Source of the DNA: Candidatus Eiseniibacteriota bacterium
GTDB taxonomy: Bacteria > Joyebacterota > Joyebacteria > Joyebacterales > Joyebacteraceae
Reading direction: 5' to 3'
Assembly (NCBI GenBank): GCA_043819135.1
Contig: JBDRFG010000158.1
Coordinates: 1 to 23,473 of the forward strand
DNA length: 23,473 bases
Both the position numbers and the translations under genes were made by a program. Each line of letters starts with the position of its first letter. The stretch's first letter is position 1. The notes under the pieces are model-generated. The model was given only the letters and a program-made list of their open reading frames with translations. It was not told the DNA's origin and searched no databases. This document shows positions 1-8,029 of the stretch, one piece after another.

Positions 1-1218
1 GACAGCTACTACGGGGGCATCTCCTGGACACAGAAGCAGGTCGACCTGTCACCGTACGTGGGATCGATGGTCCGCGTTCGCTTCTATCAGTACGAGTCTT
101 CTGCAGGCTACGACGGCTGGTACATCGACGACGTCAGGATCCTCGAAGGCCCCTGCGCCAGGGTCGACTACTGCATCCTCGAGTCCCCCGCCGCCACGAC
201 GACATCCCCGGGGATTCCGACAGAGGAGATCTACGCCCTCGTCCGCGAGAGCGGGGTAACGGATGCCCCCGGCCAAGGGGGAGGCATCCACGCAGAGATC
301 GGAGTCGTTCTCCTCCCCCGCTCAGGTCCGTCGCCATGGGACGACACGTGGTCATGGTACCCCACGACCTATCATTCAGATCAGGATTCGCTCGACCGCT
401 ACGTAGGAACGCTGACAGTGGATTCCGGTGGAATCTACGCTTATGTCTTCCGATTCAGACTCGAGGGCGAGGACGTTTGGTCGTATGCGGACCTGGACGG
501 TAACGACCTCGGCGTTGGCGGATTGAACGGATATTCCTGGGAACAGGCGGGACAGCTCGTCGTCACCGGCCACTGTGATATCGACGTCTCGCCCACGTCC
601 TTCTTGTGGAGCCTCGCCCCGGGCGATTCGACGACCTCAGTTCTCAGGATCTCAAACACGGGCACCGGCGACCTCTCCTTCGAGATCTTCGAGAGCCCGC
701 ACCTTCGTGTCGACGCACGCGAGGCCAGGGGGTCACGCTGGGACATCGCGTGGCTGAGCGTGGAAACGACGAACGGCATCGTGGCGCCGGGAGATTCCGC
801 CGATGTTACCGTGCTTGCGAAGGCCGTTGACTGCACGCTCGGGGTCAATGAAGCCTACCTCGTCGTTCTCAGTAACGATCCGGACGAGAGTCCGATCGTG
901 ATAGGAGCGTCGCTCGATGTGGCGACGGGTGTGCCAGAAGACAACACCGTTCCCTCGCGCTTCGCGTTGGCCCAGAGCGTTCCCAATCCGTTTTCCCGAG
1001 AGACGGAGATCCAATACGGACTCCCACGTAGTTGCGACGTGAAGCTCGAGATCTTCGACGTCGCGGGTCGTCGGGTCGACGTAATCGTGGATAGTCGCGA
1101 ATCTGCAGGGTCCAGAATTGTCCGCTGGGAAGCGGCTGGATTGCCCTCGGGGATCTACTTCTACAGGCTCCAAGCAGGTGAGTTCATGGCAACTCGCCGT
1201 ATGGTGCTCATCCGATAG
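1..1218 (+). CDS. Secreted multidomain protein, 5'-truncated: jelly-roll/MAM-like segment, Ig/CBM-like domains and a C-terminal FlgD-Ig/T9SS-type sorting domain
   Basis: Frame 1 is open from base 1 (DSYYGGISWTQKQVDLSPYVGSMVRVRF...GWYIDDVRI). It continues through an Ig-like segment (LRISNTGTGDLSF...SNDPDE) and ends in a typical CTD (FALAQSVPNPF...IFDVAGRRV...LPSGIYFYRL...RRMVLIR). Confidence 0.8.
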   Translation, partial: DSYYGGISWTQKQVDLSPYVGSMVRVRFYQYESSAGYDGWYIDDVRILEGPCARVDYCILESPAATTTSPGIPTEEIYALVRESGVTDAPGQGGGIHAEIGVVLLPRSGPSPWDDTWSWYPTTYHSDQDSLDRYVGTLTVDSGGIYAYVFRFRLEGEDVWSYADLDGNDLGVGGLNGYSWEQAGQLVVTGHCDIDVSPTSFLWSLAPGDSTTSVLRISNTGTGDLSFEIFESPHLRVDAREARGSRWDIAWLSVETTNGIVAPGDSADVTVLAKAVDCTLGVNEAYLVVLSNDPDESPIVIGASLDVATGVPEDNTVPSRFALAQSVPNPFSRETEIQYGLPRSCDVKLEIFDVAGRRVDVIVDSRESAGSRIVRWEAAGLPSGIYFYRLQAGEFMATRRMVLIR

Positions 1219-1647
1219 ACCGTCCGTCGAGTGGCAACGACTAGCAGGTCGGGAACGCGACCCTTTCAGAGCAAGCTGGCGCTTGAGCCTGGAGATACCC
1301 GGGCGCCCGGCGGCGCCGAAGCGCATAGAGGAGGACCGTACAGCTCTCCCCAAGGCCACCAAGCTGAGGCCGGCAACATGGCCTCCCGCTGCGGATGTGT
1401 TTCGAACTCCTGACCGACGGGAGAATCTGGGGCTGGGGGGTGACCGAGGAGCCCAGCCCTGGCGAGGCGACAGCTGCGTCTCCTACCTCGGTATTGGGCG
1501 CACTGGAGAGGAAGGCTCTCCGCGCTCTCGCATTCCTGCTCCAGCCGGCCACGGCACCCCTCCCATCCCAAGCTGCTTGGGCAGCAGTCCCGGCGAACTG
1601 ATGCACCACCTCTCGGGGGAGCGTCTCCGGGCAATTCCCCTCCCCAG

Positions 1648-1676
1648 TTGACATGTCCCCGGCGCGCCGGTACGCT
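1648..1676 (+). promoter_or_regulatory. Sigma70-type promoter of the transferase-activase-hypD operon
   Basis: TTGACA (1648-1653), 17-nt spacer, TACGCT (1671-1676), about 80 nt upstream of the ATG at 1755. Confidence 0.7.
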
Positions 1677-1754
1677 CTACGCATCAGAAGACACGCAGGC
1701 AGCCACGTGTGTGCGTTCCGGACCGCGGCGCGGTCCTTGGGAGAGGGGACATCC

Positions 1755-2750
1755 ATGAGCCGCCATCGAGGAGTCGCTGGCCCCAGCCTTGTCGTGATGG
1801 CCGCCGGGATCGGCAGCCGCTACGGCGGGCTCAAGCAGGTGGACCCCGTCGGGCCGTCCGGCGAGATCATCCTCGACTACTCGGTCTACGACGCGATCAG
1901 GGCCGGCTTCGCCAGGGTCGTCTTCGTCATTCGCCGCGAGATCGAGTCCGACTTCCGTGACACGGTGGGTCGGAACGTCGAGCCTCACATCGATACTGCC
2001 TACACGTTCCAGGAACTGGGCGCGCTCCCCGATGGCTTCACCGTTCCGCCCGAGCGGAAGAAGCCGTGGGGCACGGCGCACGCCGTGCTCTGCGCGCGCG
2101 AGGAGGTCCCCGGCGCCTTCGCCGCGATCAACGCCGACGACTTTTACGGCGCGGGCGCGTTCACGGCGATCGGTAAGCACGTGGCGCAAGTTGCCGCCCG
2201 AGACGGCGCGACCCGGACCGACGCAGGCGCAGACGCAGGCGCCGACCCGGACGGCGGCGACTCCCCGACCGCCGCGGAGTACTCGATGGCGGGATACCTG
2301 CTCGAGAACACGCTGAGCGAGCACGGGCACGTGTCGCGGGGCGTCTGCGAGGTGACGTCGGACGGCTTCCTCGAAGGGATCGTTGAGCGCGAGACCATCA
2401 GGCTCTTCCCCGATGGCGTGAAGTGCGAGGGCCCGGAGGGCGTCTGGACACCCATCCCCGCCGACAGCACGGTGTCGATGAACATCTGGGGTTTCGGAGC
2501 GGGTTTCTTCGAGCACCTCTACGCGGGCTTCCGCGAGTTTCTCGCGCGCAACATAGACACGTCCGGAGCCGAGTGTTACCTCCCCGCCGTCGTCAACGGC
2601 CTCATCGATGATGGTCGCGCGCGCGTCCGAGTGCTTCCGACGGACGAACGCTGGTTCGGCATCACGTATCGAGAGGACATGCCGACGGCGAGAGACGCCA
2701 TCCGGAAACGCATCGACAGCGGCGTCTACCCGGAGAAGCTCTGGGGCTAG
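1755..2750 (+). CDS. Nucleotidyltransferase / NDP-sugar pyrophosphorylase family protein (NTP_transferase)
   Basis: N-terminal [17 protein letters not shown] motif, plus [24 protein letters not shown] and WFGITY. GAGAGGGG RBS before the ATG at 1755; the ORF-track start at 1653 lies inside the promoter. Confidence 0.88.
   Translation: MSRHRGVAGPSLVVMAAGIGSRYGGLKQVDPVGPSGEIILDYSVYDAIRAGFARVVFVIRREIESDFRDTVGRNVEPHIDTAYTFQELGALPDGFTVPPERKKPWGTAHAVLCAREEVPGAFAAINADDFYGAGAFTAIGKHVAQVAARDGATRTDAGADAGADPDGGDSPTAAEYSMAGYLLENTLSEHGHVSRGVCEVTSDGFLEGIVERETIRLFPDGVKCEGPEGVWTPIPADSTVSMNIWGFGAGFFEHLYAGFREFLARNIDTSGAECYLPAVVNGLIDDGRARVRVLPTDERWFGITYREDMPTARDAIRKRIDSGVYPEKLWG
2220..2243 (+). repeat. 12-bp tandem duplication within an in-frame low-complexity insertion
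   Basis: GACGCAGGCGCA followed by GACGCAGGCGCC, encoding DAGA-DAGA. Confidence 0.7.
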
Positions 2751-2754
2751 CAAA

Positions 2755-3430
2755 GTGACGGGCACCTGCTTCAACATCCAGCGCTACGCCATCCACGACG
2801 GACCCGGCATCCGGACCACCGTCTTCCTGAAGGGCTGTCCACTCTCCTGTACCTGGTGCCACAATCCCGAGGGACTCTCCCCCGAGACGGAACTCGTCTT
2901 CGTCCAGGACAGGTGCGTCGGTTGCGGCGCCTGCGTCGCGGCCTGCCCGAACCCTCCGATCGTCGGCGCCGACGGACGCCCGGTCCCCGACCGCCGGTCC
3001 TGCCTCCGCTGCGGAAGCTGCGCCGCGCGATGCGATACTCAAGGCGGCGACCGTCACCGACCTGTTCCTCTTCGACCTTAAACTTCTCGATGAGACCGAG
3101 CATCAGGAGTTCGTCGGCGCGCCGCTAGCGCCCGTGCTCGACAACCTGAGGGCCCTCGACGACGCCGGAGCAGAGATATGGATACGTTTCCCGTTCATCC
3201 CGGGTCTCACTGACGGAATGGAGAACGTGGACGCACTGGGCAGGAGAGTTGCGGCACTAAGGACGCGTCGCGTGCATATTCTGCCCTTCCACCGGACCGC
3301 GGCTGATAAGTATGCTCGCATCGAGCGCGAGTGGGCGCACGCCGACGTTGCCGAGGTGACGAAGGACAGAGTGAAGGAAGCAGCCGAGGCGCTCGGCGCG
3401 ATGGGACTCGACGTCAGGATCGGCGGCTGA
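2755..3430 (+). pseudogene. Glycyl-radical enzyme activating protein (radical SAM, ferredoxin-insert type), internally deleted and frameshifted as assembled
   Basis: GTG at 2755 gives [34 protein letters not shown] (CxxxCxxC), then [12 protein letters not shown] and CLRCGSCA. Near 3020 the homology switches frame to [24 protein letters not shown]...IWIRFPFIPG...HILPFH...DVRIGG*. The central GGVTxSGGEP region is absent, and the 676-nt span is not a multiple of 3. Confidence 0.8.
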
Positions 3431-3495
3431 CCGGACGGGCAGGGGCAACCGCGCAAGGTACCGGCGCTCGGCTATCGGAGGGGGCGAACGGGGAC

Positions 3496-5934
3496 GTGAC
3501 CGAACGAGTACAACGTCTCAGAGAGAGATCGGTAACGGCCTCCGCCGCCATCAGCGCGGAGCGCGCGCGGCTGGTCACCGAGTTCTGTCGGGAGAACGAC
3601 GGCAAGCACACTGCGCCCGTGATGCGCGCTCTCGCTTTCAAGTACATCTGCGAGAAGAAATCCATTTTCATCGACCCCGATGAACTCATCGTCGGAGAGC
3701 GCGGGCCAAGCCCCAAGGCGACGCCCACCTACCCGGAACTCACCTGCCACAGCATCGAAGACCTCCGCATACTGGGCAGCCGCGAGAGGACCAGCTACGC
3801 GGTAGCCGACGACGTCATCGAGACCTACGAGCGGGAGATCATTCCATTCTGGAAGGGGCGCTCGCTCAGGGACCGGATGTTCGGGCTTCTGCCCGAGCGC
3901 TGGAAGGACGCGTACGGCGCCGGCATCTTCACCGAGTTCATGGAGCAGCGCGCGCCCGGGCACACCGCCGCCGACGGCAAGCTCTACAAGAAGGGCATGC
4001 TTGACCTCAAGGTCGACGTCGCGGCCGCGCTGGTAAGCCTCGAAGACGGGGCGGACGGCTCGAGCAAGGCGGGCGGCTCGGCCGGAGCGGCGCAGAACGC
4101 CGCCAGGAACCCGCTCGACCTCTCCCCCGACGCGCTCAGGGAGCACCGGCGGGAGCAACTCCGTGCGATGGACATCGTCGCGGACGCGGTCATCGCCTTC
4201 GCCGAGCGCCACTCGGCGCTGGCAGGCGAGATGGCCGAAAGCGAATCGGACCCCGCCCGCCGCGACAACCTCAGGCTCGTCTCCGAAACGTGCGCCCGCG
4301 TGCCGGCACACGCCCCGAGGAGCTTCCACGAGGCGCTTCAGACCTACTGGTTCTGCCACCTCGCGGTCATCACCGAGTTGAACGGCTGGGACGCTTTCAA
4401 CCCGGGGCACCTCGACCAGCACCTGCAGCCGTTCTACGAGAGTGGCATCGCGGACGGCAACCTGACACGAGAGCGCGCGAAGGAACTGCTCGAGTGTTTC
4501 TTCATCAAGTTCAACAATCATCTCTCTCCCCCCAAGGTCGGAGTGACCGCGGCGGAGAGCGGAACCTACACGGACTTCGCGAACATCAACATCGCGGGCC
4601 TGAGGCGGGACGGCTCGGACGGCACGAGCGACGTGTCGCTCCTCATCCTGGAGGTCGTGGACGAGCTCCACACGCTTCAGCCCAGTCAGAACGTGCAGGT
4701 CTCCCGGAAGACGTCGGACAACTTCCTGCGCGAAGCGTGCCGCGTCATCCGAAAGGGCTACGGCTACCCATCCGTTTTCAACGCCGACACAGTGATCGAG
4801 GAGCTTGTGCGGCAGGGCAAGACGATCGAGGACGCGCGCGAAGGCGGCACGAGCGGCTGTGTCGAGGCCGGCGCCTTCGGGAAGGAAGCGTACATCCTGA
4901 CTGGTTACTTCAATCTGCCGAAGGTGCTGGAACTGGCGCTGAACGACGGCGTCGATCCCCGGACGGGAAGGCGGCTGGGACCCTCGACCGGTGACGTCGG
5001 CGACTTCCACGAGTTCGACGAGCTGGTGCGCGCGTTCGGCACGCAACTGCACAGCTTCGTAGAGATCAAGCTCGAGGGCAACGACATCATCGAGCGGCTC
5101 TACGCACAAGAGATGCCCGCGCCGTTCCTGTCGCTCATCACGGACGACTGCATAGAGCACGGGCTCGACTACAACGAGGGCGGCGCACGCTACAACACAT
5201 CGTACATACAGGGCGTCGGCATCGGCACCATCACGGACTCCCTCGCGGCCGTGCGGAAGCATGTCTTCCAGGACCGCGCGGTGTCGATGACGGACCTGTC
5301 GGACGCGTTGTCGCGCGACTTCGAGGGCGCCGAGCGCCTTCGTGGCCTCCTGCTCAATCAGTCACCGAAGTGGGGCAACGATAACGACCAGGCGGACGAA
5401 CTGATGCAGGTGGTGTTCGAGGCCTTCTTCCGGGCGGTGGATGGTCGTCCCAACGTGCGGGGGGGCGATTACCACATCGACATGCTCCCGACGACATGCC
5501 ACATCTACTTCGGCTCGGTGACCGGCGCGACGCCGGACGGTCGGAAGGCGGGAACGCCGCTATCGGAGGGCATCTCCCCCGTCCAGGGCGCCGACCGGAA
5601 GGGCCCGACCGCCGTGCTCAGGTCGGCGGGCAAGATGGACCAGGTCCGCACGGGCGGCACGCTCCTGAACATGAAGTTCTCCCCCGAGTCGCTGGCGGAG
5701 GACCGGGACCTCGACAATCTCGCGGGACTCATCAGAGGATACTTCCGGATGGGCGGCCACCACGTCCAGTTCAATGTCGTGAGCGCGGCGACCCTGCGCG
5801 ACGCGCAGGCGCATCCCGAGGCCCACCGCGACCTCATGGTCCGCGTCGCCGGCTACAGCGACTACTTCTGCGATATCTCGAGGGAGCTGCAGGACGAGAT
5901 CATCTCGAGGACCGAGCAGGAGAGTCCGGCGTAG
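3496..5934 (+). CDS. hypD: Glycyl radical enzyme, trans-4-hydroxy-L-proline dehydratase (HypD) type
   Basis: GRE motifs GTSGCVE (thiyl Cys) and RVAGY (glycyl radical). HypD-typical segments FTEFMEQRAPGH, WDAFNPG, PPKVGVTAAESGTYTDFANIN, LTGYFN and MLPTTCHIYFG. GTG start at 3496 (VTERVQRLRE). Confidence 0.85.
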   Translation: MTERVQRLRERSVTASAAISAERARLVTEFCRENDGKHTAPVMRALAFKYICEKKSIFIDPDELIVGERGPSPKATPTYPELTCHSIEDLRILGSRERTSYAVADDVIETYEREIIPFWKGRSLRDRMFGLLPERWKDAYGAGIFTEFMEQRAPGHTAADGKLYKKGMLDLKVDVAAALVSLEDGADGSSKAGGSAGAAQNAARNPLDLSPDALREHRREQLRAMDIVADAVIAFAERHSALAGEMAESESDPARRDNLRLVSETCARVPAHAPRSFHEALQTYWFCHLAVITELNGWDAFNPGHLDQHLQPFYESGIADGNLTRERAKELLECFFIKFNNHLSPPKVGVTAAESGTYTDFANINIAGLRRDGSDGTSDVSLLILEVVDELHTLQPSQNVQVSRKTSDNFLREACRVIRKGYGYPSVFNADTVIEELVRQGKTIEDAREGGTSGCVEAGAFGKEAYILTGYFNLPKVLELALNDGVDPRTGRRLGPSTGDVGDFHEFDELVRAFGTQLHSFVEIKLEGNDIIERLYAQEMPAPFLSLITDDCIEHGLDYNEGGARYNTSYIQGVGIGTITDSLAAVRKHVFQDRAVSMTDLSDALSRDFEGAERLRGLLLNQSPKWGNDNDQADELMQVVFEAFFRAVDGRPNVRGGDYHIDMLPTTCHIYFGSVTGATPDGRKAGTPLSEGISPVQGADRKGPTAVLRSAGKMDQVRTGGTLLNMKFSPESLAEDRDLDNLAGLIRGYFRMGGHHVQFNVVSAATLRDAQAHPEAHRDLMVRVAGYSDYFCDISRELQDEIISRTEQESPA

Positions 5935-5986
5935 GCGTCACCCGGCGCAGAGTGGCGCGCCGGTGTCACTACACTGCACTACCACC

Positions 5987-7960
5987 CTACACCGCCGCCC
6001 CTCCCCGCCGCGGGCGCGACGGGTACTCCACGCCTGACAGTCCAAGGTGCTCGAGCTTCTCCTCTGTCTGGAGAAACTCGCGGTAGGTCTGGCAGCGCCG
6101 GACCAGCTCGGCGTGGGCGCCCGCATCCACGAGCTTGCCGTCGTCCATCACGAGGATGGTATCGGCCCGCCGGATGGTCGCGAGCCGGTGGGAGACCACG
6201 AAACAGATGCCCTCCCCGAACTCCTCGTCTAAGTGGGTCCAGAAGCGGTCCTCGTTCTGCGCGTCGAGCGCGGCGGTGCAGTCGTCGAACAGGAGCACAT
6301 GCGGACGCCCGGCGAGCGCCCGCGCTATTGCGATCCGCTGCTTCTGTCCGCCCGACACCAGCCCGCCCTTCTGCCCCACGACCGTGCCGACGCCGTTGGG
6401 CAGCGTCGCGAGATCGGCGTCCATCTGTGCGATGGACAGGCAGTAGCGCGCCCAGGACTCCGCGACACGCCGTTCGGCCTCCGACGACGGTGAGGTGTCA
6501 TCCGGATGGACGGCGGCGCGGTCGGGCGCGTCAGGAGGGATGACCTTGACCAGCCAGTCCTCGCTGAAAACCTCTTCCGGCGGGCGCCTCCCGAAGCTGA
6601 CGTTGTCCTCGATCGACTTCGAGAAAAGCAACGCCTCCTGAGGCACGTAGCCGATGAGCTTCCGGTACGAGTCCCAATCCCACTCGGTGAGCGGCTTGCC
6701 GTTCACAAGAATGCGTCCTTCCTGCGGGACCAGAATGCCGGCGATGAGTTTGAGCACGGACGACTTCCCGCTCGCGACCGGACCGACCACCGCCACCCGC
6801 GTCCCAAGCGGCACGGTGAAACCGACCCCGTCCACGTTCTTCCGCGTTCCGTCGTACGAGAACGTCACGCCCTCGAACGCGAGTTCCGTGATGTCCTCGA
6901 GCCTCTTCCCCGTCGGGCGCGTCTCCGTCACGGGGTAGCCGCGGATCTCCTCGACGCGGTCGACCGATACGAACGCCTGCTGTCCCGTCATGAAGAGGAA
7001 CGGCACATCCATCATCGGTCCCGTCAGCATGTCGAGGTAGACATAGAACGCGAAGATGGTCCCGATGGTCAGCTCGCCCCGTATGACGAGGAAGCCGCCG
7101 TATCCGATGACGACCATCTGTCCGAGTCGGCTCGCGAACGTGTCGAGCGAGAACATGACGACCTGAAGCTTGACCAGGCCGAGCAGCACGCGGATGCGCT
7201 CCTTGAGGATCGCCGCGAGCTTCCGCTCCTGCGCGTCCTCGGCGCTGAAGGCCTTGACGATGCGGACGCCCGAGAATGCGGATTCGAGCAGGTTGTTCGT
7301 CTGCGAGACGCTCTGCTGCGACGCCTCCATGAAGTAGCGCATCTTGTGGCGCAGGCTGTAGAAGATCCACATCATGATGGGCAGGGGGATCACCGAGACG
7401 AGCGTGAGCTTCCAGCTCATGATGAGCATCGCGCCCAGGCAGAATACGAGCTTCGAACTCGACTCGACCGCGCGGAAGATGCCCGAGCAGGCGAACCACG
7501 CGATCTTCGGGAATTCGGCGATGTCGTCGGTCAGGCGCGTGACGACGTCGCCCGTCCGGAAGCGATTGTTGAAGTGGTAGTCCTTGTTCATCAGCTCGCT
7601 GAAAACGTCGTCCCGGACGTCGCGCTCCAACCGCGCGTTCATCATGGCGCGCGTCGCCGGGTAGAGCCGCGAGACGAAGTAGCCCACGAGGATCAGCGTG
7701 AGGATCCGCATCACCTGGCTGATGTCGGTGTGGGCGTCGCCGGCCTCGAGCATCTCCGAGACACTGTCGATGACCGAGCGGAAGACCAGCGGGTAGGCGA
7801 CGGCCACGGCGGTCGATACCAGCGTGAAGAGCGCAAGGAACACGAGGATGTGCTTGTGCGGAGTCCAGTAGCGCCACAGCCACTGGACGTGCGCCTTGAA
7901 TGACAGCTTGGGAGCCGCCTCCTCGGTCTCGAGCTCGATGTCTCGTTCCTGGTCGTTCAC
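5987..7960 (-). CDS. ABC exporter half-transporter (TMD+NBD), subunit with degenerate Walker B
   Basis: TM segments, RTGDVVTRLTDD, Walker A GPVASGKS, signature VSGGQKQR, Walker B LLFDD (Asp in place of the catalytic Glu), SHR. AGGAG RBS before the GTG. Confidence 0.92.
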   Translation of the reverse strand: MNDQERDIELETEEAAPKLSFKAHVQWLWRYWTPHKHILVFLALFTLVSTAVAVAYPLVFRSVIDSVSEMLEAGDAHTDISQVMRILTLILVGYFVSRLYPATRAMMNARLERDVRDDVFSELMNKDYHFNNRFRTGDVVTRLTDDIAEFPKIAWFACSGIFRAVESSSKLVFCLGAMLIMSWKLTLVSVIPLPIMMWIFYSLRHKMRYFMEASQQSVSQTNNLLESAFSGVRIVKAFSAEDAQERKLAAILKERIRVLLGLVKLQVVMFSLDTFASRLGQMVVIGYGGFLVIRGELTIGTIFAFYVYLDMLTGPMMDVPFLFMTGQQAFVSVDRVEEIRGYPVTETRPTGKRLEDITELAFEGVTFSYDGTRKNVDGVGFTVPLGTRVAVVGPVASGKSSVLKLIAGILVPQEGRILVNGKPLTEWDWDSYRKLIGYVPQEALLFSKSIEDNVSFGRRPPEEVFSEDWLVKVIPPDAPDRAAVHPDDTSPSSEAERRVAESWARYCLSIAQMDADLATLPNGVGTVVGQKGGLVSGGQKQRIAIARALAGRPHVLLFDDCTAALDAQNEDRFWTHLDEEFGEGICFVVSHRLATIRRADTILVMDDGKLVDAGAHAELVRRCQTYREFLQTEEKLEHLGLSGVEYPSRPRRGGAAV

Positions 7961-8029
7961 GCTATCTCCTGCGCCGCCGTCAGCACGCCGTCCCCAACAC
8001 TATCGACATCACGCTATCTCCTGCGCCGC
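7957..8029. repeat. 21-bp direct repeat (7957-7977 and 8009-8029) separated by 31 bp
   Basis: TCACGCTATCTCCTGCGCCGC occurs twice. On the minus strand it reads GCGGCGCAGGAGATAGCGTGA (RBS plus GTGA start/stop overlap). Confidence 0.9.

Noticed and set aside
1395..1416. Minus-strand GGTCAGGAGTTCGAAAC resembling a tRNA T-loop or att site
   Set aside because: The flanks do not form a T-stem, and no cloverleaf or acceptor stem can be built.
3000..3134. Programmed ribosomal frameshift or selenocysteine readthrough in the activase
   Set aside because: There is no slippery heptamer at the junction, the first frame ends in TAA, and an essential central block is physically missing.
3472..5262. Long antisense ORFs (e.g. 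596 aa here, also 1677-2777, 6506-7903, 11655-12782, 18782-20146)
   Set aside because: These are shadow ORFs opposite well-supported genes, expected from GC-rich codon usage, and have no recognisable motifs.
7957..8029. Repeat-spacer-repeat (21/31/21 bp) as a mini CRISPR array
   Set aside because: There are only two copies, the repeat is the gene end plus RBS and start codon, and no cas genes or leader are present.
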